From Methanomassiliicoccaceae archaeon (GTDB lineage Archaea; Thermoplasmatota; Thermoplasmata; Methanomassiliicoccales; Methanomassiliicoccaceae), in NCBI GenBank assembly GCA_963728405.1, contig CAVSJV010000002.1:272743-336742 (forward strand): a DNA stretch of 64,000 nt. The letters are read 5' to 3'. Positions 10,107 through 20,438 of this stretch are shown one piece after another. A program made the translations under genes and the position numbers. Within the stretch, counting starts at the first letter, position 1, and each line of letters opens with the position of its first letter. The notes beneath the pieces are model-generated. The model ran no database searches. It was not told the origin of the DNA and saw only the letters and a list, made by a program, of their open reading frames with translations.

Positions 10107-12713
10107 TTACTTTGAAGGGATGCTGAAGTAGAAAGTGCTCCCCTTCCCTGGCTCGGACTCGAACCAGACGCGCCCGCCATACCGCTCGACGATCTTCTTC
10201 ACCATGGCCAGGCCGATGCCTGCCCCCTCGTACTCAGTCTGCGCATGGAGCCGGGAGAACATCTGGAACAGGTGGTCTTTATACTGCGGGTCGATGCCGA
10301 TGCCGTTGTCTCTGACCGAGAATAGCCACCCCCCCTCTCGCCCTTCGGCGGAGATGTGGGACCCGAGGAGTGTCAGGCGCGTGGAATTTTATGGCGTTCG
10401 CCACTAGGTTCTGGAGAAGCTGCACCATCTGGGAGTCGTTGGCCACAACGGTCGGCAGGGAATCGTTGGAGACGACCGCCCTGGACTCCGAAATTGAAGC
10501 GGCGAGGTTCTGCCTCACCTGGTCGAGTACCACATTCATGTCAACGGGCTCGAGGCTCTCGTTCCCCTGATCTATCTTCGATAACTCCAGCAGGTCGTCG
10601 ATCAACTTGGCCATACGCCTACTACTGCACACCACCTGGTCGATGAAACCGCTCGCCCTCTCGTCTAAGATCTTCCCTTTGTATCTGGACTGCAACAATT
10701 GCAGGAACGACGATATTGTTGTTAGAGGGGCCTTGAGGTCGTGACTTGCTAATGTAGGCGAAATGCTGTAGTTCGGTGTTGGAGCTCTTCAAATCATTTT
10801 CCAGCATTTTCAGTCTGCTGAAGTCAGTGAAGACGACTAGACTACCAGTTACCTTCCCATCAAGATTTATTATGGGCAAGGCAGAGGCAAGCACTATCGC
10901 CCGTCCTCCATCCGCTCTCTGTACCTCTAGTTCTTCATTGCTTAGGGCCTCGCCCCTCAGCAAGGCCCGAGCTACCGGCATCTCTTCTGCCGGCAAGGGG
11001 ATGTTGGAACCGGGACGATACACACGAAAGAGGGTGAGATCGGAGAGGCTTCTGGATTGGGCAGAATTTCCCAAATAATCGTGCATGATCCTGTTTCTGA
11101 TGATAATCTGGCCACTAGCGTCCGCCACGGAGACACCCACCGGCAGGGTGTCGAGTATCGTTTGAAGCCGGGAGCGCTCCTCCTCCACCACCCTCTCCAC
11201 AGTCTTCCGCCCAGTGATGTCCTGGGTAATGCCCGACGCCGCCCTAACCCGGCCGTCCGGGCCCCAGGTGACACTATCGGTCATGGCATGCAAGTAGCGG
11301 ATAGACCCGTTCGGCAGAACGATCCGGTAGTCGATGCCTCCCAGCCGCCCTTCCCGTTGCACCGACACGACGTATTCCTTGTACCTCTGCAGGTCATCCG
11401 GATGAATGAACGACCAGATCTGGTCCAGAATGGTTCCAGATTGGGGCTCGAGACCGTAGATTCGATAGGTTTCATCAGACGCCTCGAACTGCCCGGTCTG
11501 GAAGTCGAGGGACCAGCTCCCTAGATGGGCGATCTCCTGGGACCTGGCCAGCACAGTTATATTCTTGTTCAACGCCTCTTCAATCCGCTTCCGCTCGGTT
11601 ATGTCCAAAAGGGAGGAGAGCATGACATCTTCCCCACCAATCGTTAGTATCTGAGCCGAATATAAGGCGGTCCAAACCTCGCCGTTCTTCCTCCTAAGCT
11701 GTAATTCCCTATTATTGATAGATCTGTTCTTCTCTAATTCGAGCACCACATCTTCCCGATCATGGCCTGTCATCCATATCTGTAGTTCAGAGGTGTTGCG
11801 GCCGATGACCTCGTCCCGGGTATATCCCAGAATCTTCAACCCAGTGTCGTTGGCCTCGATGATCCTGCCATCGCTCAAACGGGTGATAAAGGTCGATGCG
11901 GCCGAGCCGTGGAACGCTTTGGCGAACTTCTCCTCGTTCTCCCTTAGCGCTTCCTCCGCCCGCTTTAGCGTGGTGATGTCGTACAATTGGACACAAATGT
12001 TCGGTTTTCCATTTAGGACGATGGGGAACGCGGAGGTCTCGGCATAGATCTGCGTACCATCCTTCTTGATGCCGATGAATTCGATCCTACCCTTGGCTTC
12101 CATCTGTAACCAACCTAGGATCGCATCGCGGGTTTCGGCACTCATCATAAAGTCAAACCCATTCCTTCCAATGATCTCCTCCGGCTCGTAACCGAACATA
12201 TGGGCGAACTGGGGGTTACAGTCGATGATGATCCCCCCCATCATGGAACATTATGCCCTCCGTTGAAGCCTCCGCCAGAGCCCGGAACCGGTTCTCGCTC
12301 TCTTGCAGCTGTTTCTTGGTGCGAAAGGTCTCCGCCGCCCTTCTGATCATGTTGGCCAGCTCGGCATACTGGGCCTCAGGGTCGCTCCCTTTTTGGAGGT
12401 AAAAGCACGCCCCCAGGTTGAGGGCATCCACCGCGACGTCCTCCCTTCCTTTCCCGGTGAACAGTATGAACGGCACCTCGCTTCTCCGTTCATTGAGCTC
12501 CTTGAGCAATTCAAGGCCGTTCATGGAGTGCATCTGGTAGTCCGATACCACCACATCGTATTCGCTCGCTTCGATCTTAGAGAGCGCCTCGTGGGCCGAA
12601 CCCGCCACCTCTACGGACATGTCCTCATTGTCCCCTAGGCAGATCCTGGTCAAGTTAAGATGGGCTGGTTCATCGTCGACCGCCAGAACTTTGATCTTCT
12701 CCATTGATATCAA
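10107..12713 (-). CDS. Hybrid sensor histidine kinase (REC-PAS x4-HisKA-HATPase), frameshifts near 12235, 10745 and 10335
   Basis: REC (VLAVDDE, SDYQM, FTGKGRE), PAS/PAC motifs (DITERKR, AHLGSW), H-box (FAYI..HDL), [29 protein letters not shown]...GSTFYF pieced across frames. Confidence 0.88.
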
Positions 12714-13032
12714 TTCCCCTGTGAGTCCTATTTATTTTTAGCTTTAATAAACACCCTGTCATTGATGGTTTTAGTTGTTATCTCTTTCATGAATGGCCAG
12801 TACTACTTTTCATTAGAGCTGATGGTAAAAACACTATTCTGCGTCGATGCGACACGACTTACGAGATGATAAAAATGGGTTGGACTCGGCTTGGATCAAT
12901 TATCGCTTGAGCTAGATAATGAAAAACGAGGGTCCGATTTATCAAACCTCCCGACCTGGCCAGTGCAGGGTGTACGGGGCTAAAAGGGATTTTCTTTGGC
13001 AAGCCTCTGGCCTTACTTGGGATATGAATGCT

Positions 13033-14157
13033 TTATTTTGGAACGGCGTCAATATTGGCGCAGATGAGATTTTGGCATTCATCTATCAATTCAAGAACGG
13101 CATCCCATAGCACTCCTGCAATAACCACAACTGTCGCAGCCACAGGAACAATCTGATTCCAGAGTAGAACTATTAACTCTCTAATCCCACGGAACATATC
13201 CATCATCATTACCTTGATAATTTTAAGGAAATCAGACAAGGAATCCATAACCTTTCTCAGAGTTACGATAAGGGGGTTTTGTACATTATCTTTCAATGCA
13301 ATGGCGATAATTGAAACCACACCTGCTAACGCCAAAAATCTTTTCAGATATAGTGGCAATTTCTCGTAGGCCTCAACGACCGATGTCGTGATTTTGCTCA
13401 GGAATTTTTTCAAGGATACGAAGACATCAGATAACATATCGTAAAGCAGAGCAATCAGATATTCGACCTTTTTTATTACCGGAATTCCAGCTAGCGATAG
13501 GATGTATAGGGACAAAACTCCTCCTTCTGCTACTAAGACAATGTTGGCGTAATCCCGAATATCCCATCTTTTAACAATTTTTTGACCCTCATAGACCTCA
13601 TGGCCTCTGCTGATTATTGCCTTTGAATTGGATGTTATTGTCACTGCGAGAAATGGGACATCATTCGGGTCGATATTTCCAATTGCATCTGCTGCCGTTT
13701 TCAAAGAACTGGCAGTCGGATCGGACATTGTTCTTACAAGCGACAAAAGATAGTTGGCATGGCTCAGCGCTTTTTGCTTGTCCGCTCCTTTTGGTAAGTC
13801 CTTTTCTATTGCCTCCATCACCTCATTTCGTGTGTTCGTATGGGCGACCAGGTCTACATACGGACAGGAAAATATCCTAGGGGTTGTAGACGGCCTATCC
13901 TTTGCAACTCTGAACGCATCAGCAATAATGATGTTTGAATCGACGCCAAATACAAATCGAAAAGAGAAATCAAATCCGCTAATGCCCACCCATTCAAGGA
14001 TCTCATCTCGGACCTTGCTATGTAATTCGGGTGGAAAATCCTTTGATATTCTCTTTATTTGTGCCCTGCCCTCTCCCCTTAATGCGCTAAAAACCTCACG
14101 ATTTTCTTCAAGATAATCGGTAAGCAATAACCTAGTCGTCTCGTCCCCATCAATCAT
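13033..14157 (-). CDS. PIN-domain (putative RNase) protein with hydrophobic C-terminal helices, visibly AT-rich
   Basis: FVFGVDSNIII (PIN strand 1 Asp), NEV, DPNDVPFLAV, IIS; C-terminal 150 aa has 2-3 TM-like segments. Confidence 0.7.
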   Translation of the reverse strand: MIDGDETTRLLLTDYLEENREVFSALRGEGRAQIKRISKDFPPELHSKVRDEILEWVGISGFDFSFRFVFGVDSNIIIADAFRVAKDRPSTTPRIFSCPYVDLVAHTNTRNEVMEAIEKDLPKGADKQKALSHANYLLSLVRTMSDPTASSLKTAADAIGNIDPNDVPFLAVTITSNSKAIISRGHEVYEGQKIVKRWDIRDYANIVLVAEGGVLSLYILSLAGIPVIKKVEYLIALLYDMLSDVFVSLKKFLSKITTSVVEAYEKLPLYLKRFLALAGVVSIIAIALKDNVQNPLIVTLRKVMDSLSDFLKIIKVMMMDMFRGIRELIVLLWNQIVPVAATVVVIAGVLWDAVLELIDECQNLICANIDAVPK

Positions 14158-14258
14158 TTGAACGCGGATATGGTCCTATGATATTAATCATTTGAAGTGG
14201 TTTTTTAGAATATGCTCTAATTTATATTATTTCAAAAGCATACATCCCTGGGGATCAA

Positions 14259-14687
14259 TTGGAGGATCAATCTCAAATTCCACAACCTGCACCGGCCACA
14301 CCGGGGAAGAAGCTTAGCAGGAATCAGATGTTGGTAATCGCAATTGTAGTGATCATCGCCGTGGTCGTGATCCTGGCCGTTGTTTTATCAACGGCAGCCG
14401 CAATGAGAAGTGACCAGGTAAAGATAATTGTCTCCTATCCGGGTGACTGGTCGGGGACCTATTCTGATGGAAGTAGCTTACACAGTTGGAGCGGATGGGG
14501 AGAGGACTCGGTAATTGTCACCCGATCTTCGGCCACCGCAACCATCTACGCGATGGCGATGTCTACCGAATTTGGCTCTAGCGGAACTATGACATTGAAG
14601 ATAATCGGACCGGACGGTCACACACTTAAAGAGGCCAGCGGATCCTCCGCATTCAATTTAGTAATGGTGTCTTGGACCCCCAGCTAA
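14259..14687 (+). CDS. Membrane-anchored secreted hypothetical protein
   Basis: Basic KK then LVIAIVVIIAVVVILAVVL anchor, followed by a Ser/Gly/Thr-rich beta domain (YPGDWSGTY). Confidence 0.65.
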   Translation: MEDQSQIPQPAPATPGKKLSRNQMLVIAIVVIIAVVVILAVVLSTAAAMRSDQVKIIVSYPGDWSGTYSDGSSLHSWSGWGEDSVIVTRSSATATIYAMAMSTEFGSSGTMTLKIIGPDGHTLKEASGSSAFNLVMVSWTPS

Positions 14688-14935
14688 GGCCTTAGAAACC
14701 CACCCTTAGCCGGAACGCGATAGGAATAAGAGGCCGGGGTCCAAGGACCAATGTCCCCCTTAAGCTCATCCTTTGGAACTTCAAAAGGGTAGAAGTCCAG
14801 GCATATGGCCTTGAACTCTAATTCATTTATCTTGATTCGCCGCTCTCGTTCCATCAGTTTTGATTTCATGCACTCGCGACTCTGGGCAGGGCGTATAGGT
14901 ATCATTTTTCATCCCTATCTAATGCCCCAAAAAGT

Positions 14936-14957
14936 TGTGAGGGGCCGAATTTGAACC
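14936..14957 (-). other. tRNA 3'-end-like fragment (T-loop plus acceptor 3' strand), possible att-site scar
   Basis: Minus strand GGTTCAAATTCGGCCCCTCACA; no matching 5' half of a tRNA; sits at the edge of the AT-rich islet. Confidence 0.4.
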
Positions 14958-15115
14958 ACCTGAGTAATGGTACCTTTTTTCAGTAAGTTACTGAACGTCG
15001 AATGGCTTAGAAATTATTTCTTACCGCTCATTCATTCATAGATAAGTGCACTAAGGTTAATATTTTATATATGGATAACAATAAAGAAAAAAAGAGAAGA
15101 GAAAAGGTTTTGAGT

Positions 15116-17221
15116 CTAGCTGATGGTGTTCCGCAACCGGTCCTTCAGCTCGCCCGTCTTCCCCTTGTTCCAACCCTTGGTCTTGGAGAAGAAGCCCGTG
15201 ACGCGGGTGATGCCCTCGATGTCCGAGGAGCCGCAATAGGCGCATGTCTCTCTTAGGCCGCGGGCGGTCTTGCCGCAGCCGAGGCAAGAGGTGAACTCCG
15301 GGCTGAAGCAGATTTGGGCGTTGGAAGTGTTCTGGAAGGTCTTGATCACGAAAGCGGCGATGCTCTCGGCCGGCGGCTTGGATTCTCCGAGCCACACGTG
15401 GGTAAGGGAACCGGCGTCGATGAGCGGATGGAACCTCCCTTCCTGCTTGACCCTTTCGATCGCAGATATGTTCGCTCCCACATTGATGTATGTGGAGTTG
15501 GTATAGTAGACCTCCCCGGTCGCCTTGTTGCCTCTGATCACAGTAGGGGACTGCAGCGGGAAGTATTTCATGTCCAGCTTTGCGAACCGATAGGCTGTGG
15601 ACTCGGCCGGGGTCTGTTCCAGCGGCATCTTGAGCCCGAACTCCTTTCCAATGCGTTCGGACTCGGTCTTCATGTGGCTGATGACCCGGAGCCCGAACAT
15701 CATGGCGTCCTTGGACTCGTGCAGCTGCTGGCCGGTGTGGTACTGCACCATCTCGTTCAGCCCGACCATTCCGACCAGGAAGGACGACTTGTTGATCCGG
15801 TAGTATGTCTCACCATCCATGTTCATGGTCAGGAGAGACAGCGGCCCGTTCTTGCCCATGTTGAACAATTGGGTGATGAACTCTCTCTTCTGGATATGAG
15901 CTTGTGCGACCATCTCCAGCCTCTGCGTGAGCAGCTCGAACAGCTTCGCATCGTTCTGGTGGGCCTCGTACGCCACCCTGGGTAGGTTGATCGTTACGTT
16001 CTGCATCGCTGAGTAACGCATCTTCCAAGGAGTCTTGGCATCGTCCAGGTCGCTCTGCTCCAGCTTGAAGGACAGGCGGCAGCACTCCGATATCTTGGCG
16101 GTGCCGCCCCGGTCGAACACGAAATAGGTGTTACCCTTCTCCGCCGCGACCTGGGAGATCTTGTTAAGGAACTCCTCGTGTCCCTCGGTCTTGAAGAACT
16201 TCTCGGTCATGTGCACATTGGGCTTGGGGAAGAAGAACGGTCTTCCCATGGCGTCACCCTCCATGTAGACGTCGAACAGCGCGTTCACGAACCGTTGTGC
16301 TTCTGGCAGATAGTCCTCATAGTTCTTGCCGGTGAACTTGCCGTCCGGTCCGATGGCCGGGACGCCTACGAAATGGTCCGGTATCTCCCAATAGAGGTTG
16401 AGGTCGGAGAATATGCTCTGACCGCCTCGTGCCACGGCCTGTTGAGCAAACTCATAGATAAGGATCTGGGCGAGCTGCTTCATGCGCTTGTCATCCACAC
16501 CCACGAGGTAGGGGGCGAGGAACAGGTTGAACGCATCCCACCCGATGGCGCCGGAGAAGTGCCCCTGCAGGGCCGCCGAGAACTTTATGATCTGTTCGAT
16601 AAGGACCTCAGGGTGCCGGGCCGGCTTAGCGATCGAAATGGCGTTCGGCAGGTTAAGGCCGAACCGTTTGACGTACTCTATGCTCTGTCCAGAACAATAG
16701 GGCCGGTCGACCATGCCTAGATCGTGCAGGTGTATGTCCCCGCGCATATGGGCGTCGGCAAGATCCTGAGTGAATACCTCGAGCAGAGCAAACTCCTTCT
16801 TTATGTTCTCCGCAAGAGTAAGGTTGGTCGCTTCCGGACCATGGGGAACGTTGGCGTTCTCCTTGTTAGGCATCATTATTATCTGCCTAGCGTCGTAGAG
16901 CGGAACCCCCAGTCTGGTGTGCTGCTTCCGTATCTTAGATAGACCATACTCGACGAGCTTCGCATTGGTAAGTTCCCTGATCAAGGGGGCAGTTATCACG
17001 TCGATCTCGAGCTCGGAGATCATCTTCTCGACCTCTCGGGAGACTATCGCCGCGGCGTCCTCGCTGATAGTGGTCTCGCGCATCAGGGCATCATATATCT
17101 TTGCGCGATCCCACCTCTTGAGCTCCTCATCGGAGGTTCTAACGAATAAGGATAGCTCGGTCGATTCCTTGTCCGAACATATCTCAGTGGACCTTTGGAC
17201 TGATTCAGTTGCTTTCATCAT
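15116..17221 (-). CDS. nrdD: Anaerobic (class III) ribonucleoside-triphosphate reductase with ATP cone
   Basis: ATP cone (WDRAKI..ALMRET..IRELTNAKL), HMRGDIHLHDL, PYC, ECCRL finger loop, TPAES, YYTNS, CxxC-x10-CxxC, ITRVTGF glycyl loop. Confidence 0.95.
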   Translation of the reverse strand: MMKATESVQRSTEICSDKESTELSLFVRTSDEELKRWDRAKIYDALMRETTISEDAAAIVSREVEKMISELEIDVITAPLIRELTNAKLVEYGLSKIRKQHTRLGVPLYDARQIIMMPNKENANVPHGPEATNLTLAENIKKEFALLEVFTQDLADAHMRGDIHLHDLGMVDRPYCSGQSIEYVKRFGLNLPNAISIAKPARHPEVLIEQIIKFSAALQGHFSGAIGWDAFNLFLAPYLVGVDDKRMKQLAQILIYEFAQQAVARGGQSIFSDLNLYWEIPDHFVGVPAIGPDGKFTGKNYEDYLPEAQRFVNALFDVYMEGDAMGRPFFFPKPNVHMTEKFFKTEGHEEFLNKISQVAAEKGNTYFVFDRGGTAKISECCRLSFKLEQSDLDDAKTPWKMRYSAMQNVTINLPRVAYEAHQNDAKLFELLTQRLEMVAQAHIQKREFITQLFNMGKNGPLSLLTMNMDGETYYRINKSSFLVGMVGLNEMVQYHTGQQLHESKDAMMFGLRVISHMKTESERIGKEFGLKMPLEQTPAESTAYRFAKLDMKYFPLQSPTVIRGNKATGEVYYTNSTYINVGANISAIERVKQEGRFHPLIDAGSLTHVWLGESKPPAESIAAFVIKTFQNTSNAQICFSPEFTSCLGCGKTARGLRETCAYCGSSDIEGITRVTGFFSKTKGWNKGKTGELKDRLRNTIS

Positions 17222-17762
17222 ATCACACTTGCCCCATCCAATCTTGCAATAAGAGCAAAAAGGTCTATCTAGCCCAGGGTTTAAAGGTATTTTTGAACAG
17301 GACCTGGTATATGAGAACTACATAAATGTCCGTTACAATCGTTATTGCATACCATGTTTGTTATCAGATTGATGTGCCAGCATGCCAATGAATCCCGCTA
17401 GTCGGTATATTAAGGCGTGTTTAGGGACGTTTACCCATTCCCATTCCCGATAACTGCAATCGTTACATGAGGTCAGTTAAGATATGTTAAGTAAGATAAA
17501 ATAATATCAATTTATATAATCATCGCCAAGTGATCAAAAACATCCATTGAGTAGAGAGCGACTTCGGATCTACCGGCCGCTCGTACATTTTGGTCTCCTT
17601 TCCCACTATTATCGGAGTTTCTCATATGTGGCCCATATGATGTCACCATATGGTCGATCAAGCAAGATTAGAAACATCCAGATAACAATTCTAATTAATA
17701 ATAATTAATAAAGTTCTCCTAAGTTATTTATTTATCATATCTGTTACCATATTGGTTACCAC

Positions 17763-18362
17763 ATGTTCAACCCAGATAAAGCGCTGAGGGAAAATATTTT
17801 CGACATTTTAAAAAATGACGGAAAATCCATCAGTGCGTTGTCTCGAGAGTTAGAGACACGAGGGATTAGTCTTCATCGGCTCATCCTGACGGGTTACCTG
17901 AGGGCGCTAACGGATTATAATTACCTCCGAGAGAAGGAGGTTCCACCGGCCAAGGTATATGTTCCCGTCAAAGGCAAGGAAAAGGATGTCTACGAGATTG
18001 TCGGCGAATGCTCTCGTAGATTGAGCTCGGGGGCGGAGGCCGACCTGCTAGTCCTGTTCACATTGGGTCGGTTGTTCCACCGCCCAATATATTTTGAAGA
18101 GCTCAAAAGGGCTGGAGTAAGGGACCCTCCTCCTGCCCAGCAGTCGAGCGGCGAGGAAAGACAGGGGGTCAAGAAGTTTTTGCAGAAGGCGGGATTCAAG
18201 GCCCTTGATAGCAATCTCGCTTACACATATGATGACCCGACTATCAGCGAGAAGTTCGATGAGTTGTTGATCATGATCTTATGCGAGCTATTGGGATTCT
18301 CCAATCTGGTCAGGGAAACAAAACAGACGAAGTTAGATCTATCTTCTCCGAGCAGACCTTAG
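17763..18362 (+). CDS. Winged-helix domain protein, divergent from nrdD
   Basis: IFDILK..GKSISALSREL...HRLILTGYLRAL...REKEVPPAKVY wHTH pattern. Confidence 0.7.
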   Translation: MFNPDKALRENIFDILKNDGKSISALSRELETRGISLHRLILTGYLRALTDYNYLREKEVPPAKVYVPVKGKEKDVYEIVGECSRRLSSGAEADLLVLFTLGRLFHRPIYFEELKRAGVRDPPPAQQSSGEERQGVKKFLQKAGFKALDSNLAYTYDDPTISEKFDELLIMILCELLGFSNLVRETKQTKLDLSSPSRP

Positions 18363-18416
18363 CTGGCTTCAAGGGCGCTGGAGAATATATTTAATCCATC
18401 AATCTATTGACTGGTC

Positions 18417-19412
18417 ATGGACCTTCAATCGCTGGCTGATGGTATACGGAAGTATCCGGGAGTGACCCGGAAGAAGACCATCTCCGAGGTCATCCGTTTC
18501 TTCCCACTTATCCCTCAGAGCAACATCCTCGCTGCTTATGGCGACGATGCGGCGGTCATTGGGTTCAACGACGATGTTCTCCTGCTGGCGGCCGACGGGA
18601 TCATGGAATCATTGATGAGGTCCAATCCCTACTACGCTGGATATTTCGCCGTCCTGGTCAACATCAATGACATCTCGGCGATGGGTGGGATCCCATTGGC
18701 CATGGTGGATATAGTGTCGATGAAGGACGAAAAGGTCTGTGCCCAGGTGATGAGGGGCATGGGGGCCGCGGTCACAAAGTTCGGCGTGCCCATCGTGGGC
18801 GGTCACACTCACCCAGATTGCGCCTATGATGCTATCGATGTGGCCATACTCGGAACTGCCCGGAAGGATGGGGTGATCTATTCTCATACCGCCCTGGAAG
18901 GTGACGACATCATTTTTGCCATGGACCTGGATGGGTTCTTCCCTGGCACTCTCCCTTACGCTTGGGACACCACCACCAAGAAGGACGCGGACATCTGCCG
19001 CCGTCAGATGCTGATCATGAATGAGATCGGAAAGCGCCATCTGGTCCACTCAGGAAAGGATATCAGCAACCCGGGGAGCGTCGGGACCTTGGGCATGCTG
19101 CTGGAGACCAGCGGAAAGGGCGGGGTCGTGCATTTGGAGAACATACCCCGTCCAAAAGGTATCGATTTCGCCCAATGGTTGAAGGCATACCAGGGTTGCG
19201 GATTCGCCGTGACCTGCGAGTCAAAGAACTCGCCGAAGGTCGTCGACCTGTTCGATTCGGTAGGTGTCACCGCCGCGGTGGTTGGCAAGGTGGACGGCAC
19301 ACATAAATTGACGATTTCAGAAGGCTCGGAGAGCATGGTGCTGTTCGATCTCGCCGCTGATAGGATCACTGGCTGCGATCCAACGATGCTTCCCGTCTAC
19401 GCAAAGAAATGA
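18417..19412 (+). CDS. Methanogenesis marker protein 2 (PurM/AIR synthase-like family)
   Basis: YPGVTRK, GDDAAVI, LAADGI, LVNINDISAMGG, VGGHTHPD, KDISNPG..GTLGMLLETS. Confidence 0.85.
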   Translation: MDLQSLADGIRKYPGVTRKKTISEVIRFFPLIPQSNILAAYGDDAAVIGFNDDVLLLAADGIMESLMRSNPYYAGYFAVLVNINDISAMGGIPLAMVDIVSMKDEKVCAQVMRGMGAAVTKFGVPIVGGHTHPDCAYDAIDVAILGTARKDGVIYSHTALEGDDIIFAMDLDGFFPGTLPYAWDTTTKKDADICRRQMLIMNEIGKRHLVHSGKDISNPGSVGTLGMLLETSGKGGVVHLENIPRPKGIDFAQWLKAYQGCGFAVTCESKNSPKVVDLFDSVGVTAAVVGKVDGTHKLTISEGSESMVLFDLAADRITGCDPTMLPVYAKK

Positions 19413-19417
19413 GATAA

Positions 19418-19730
19418 GTGCTAGGCCGCGAAGGTTGCCGCTCGGATTAGCGCGAGTGATCCAACCAGCTTCTCAGCCCCGCTCCCCTTTGAGCGTCAGT
19501 AGTCCACGGTAAGGCTGCTCCCGTCAGGGCCTGACCCGTTCCCCGTGACCAGGGACAAGCGTGCGACCCTCCGATCGCACCTCCTGTCCGCCTCCGACCC
19601 CATAGGACGAGGCCTCATAGTTGTTGGCAGGGCCCGCGCTTTTCCGGTTACGGCGTCCCCCACTGTCACCCCCGCTGTCGACGTCTGCGGTGTAAAAGGG
19701 CGTGCCGAACGTCCCGGTCGAGCCTAGCGC
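19418..19730 (-). ncRNA. ffs: Archaeal signal recognition particle (7S) RNA
   Basis: About 310 nt; ends pair (GCGCTAGGC/GCCTAGCAC). Helix 8 GGGTCAGGCCC-TGAC-GGGAGCAGCC, helix 6 GTGCGATC-GGAG-GGTCGCAC. TATA-like element at about 19750. Confidence 0.93.
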
Positions 19731-19878
19731 TCCTGCTAAGATGGTGTACGTATATATCTTTTACTAGTCTGGATGGTCCGCTGACCACTCCCTTAAAAGC
19801 TGCTCTATGCTCTAAGATGATGACCATCGACGGAAGGCCTGGGGGAATTTCTCACAGGGTAGAAATAGCACCGGGGGA

Positions 19879-20124
19879 TTGTTCTTGACCATGCTCGTTT
19901 GCATCACCGCTCCCCCGGACGAACAAACAGCCATCGAGATAGCTGAGAGGTTCCGGAGGGACGGCTTCTGCCCCTTTGGCGCCAATGGGGTGCACATGGG
20001 CTTCGTGAGGTCGGTGAACCAGGGAGAGGGTGGTTTCCTAATCGTGGTCGAGATCAACGAGCCCGAGCTAGAAAAATACTTCAATGGGATGAAGGGTGGA
20101 AAGCGGTCCGAACCCGAACCTTGA
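19879..20124 (+). CDS. Small hypothetical protein
   Basis: Plausible globular ORF in the gap downstream of a TATA-like TTAAAA. Confidence 0.45.
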   Translation: MFLTMLVCITAPPDEQTAIEIAERFRRDGFCPFGANGVHMGFVRSVNQGEGGFLIVVEINEPELEKYFNGMKGGKRSEPEP

Positions 20125-20134
20125 TCTATGATCA

Positions 20135-20425
20135 TTAGAACCGTTTCGGAGTGGTCCTCTCCCCGCCCCGGGTGCAGTAGTGTAGGTTCCTGAAACCGAA
20201 CTCGACGTGCACCGGGCACTTAGGACAAATGCACTTCAGCTCACGAGATATGCAGTCCAGTGACCGACCGTAGAAGCAGAACATCTTTTCGTCCCTTTCC
20301 CCGGCACACTCGGTGTAGGATGGGCACTTTGCGCAGTTGCACTTTGACCGCATCGCCGCGATCTCGGCCTTTCTCTTTTCGGGGGTCATCCGGTTGAGTT
20401 CGTCGATGCTACGCATAATGATCAC
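20135..20425 (-). CDS. DUF2769-type Cys-rich protein
   Basis: CNCAKCPSYTEC...FCFYGRSLDCI...CICPKCPV...YC..G.E. Confidence 0.8.
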   Translation of the reverse strand: MIIMRSIDELNRMTPEKRKAEIAAMRSKCNCAKCPSYTECAGERDEKMFCFYGRSLDCISRELKCICPKCPVHVEFGFRNLHYCTRGGERTTPKRF

Positions 20426-20438
20426 AAATCTCTACGGG

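Noticed and set aside
17265-17335. NrdR boxes upstream of nrdD
   Set aside because: Only weak partial matches to the bacterial consensus, and no properly spaced tandem pair.
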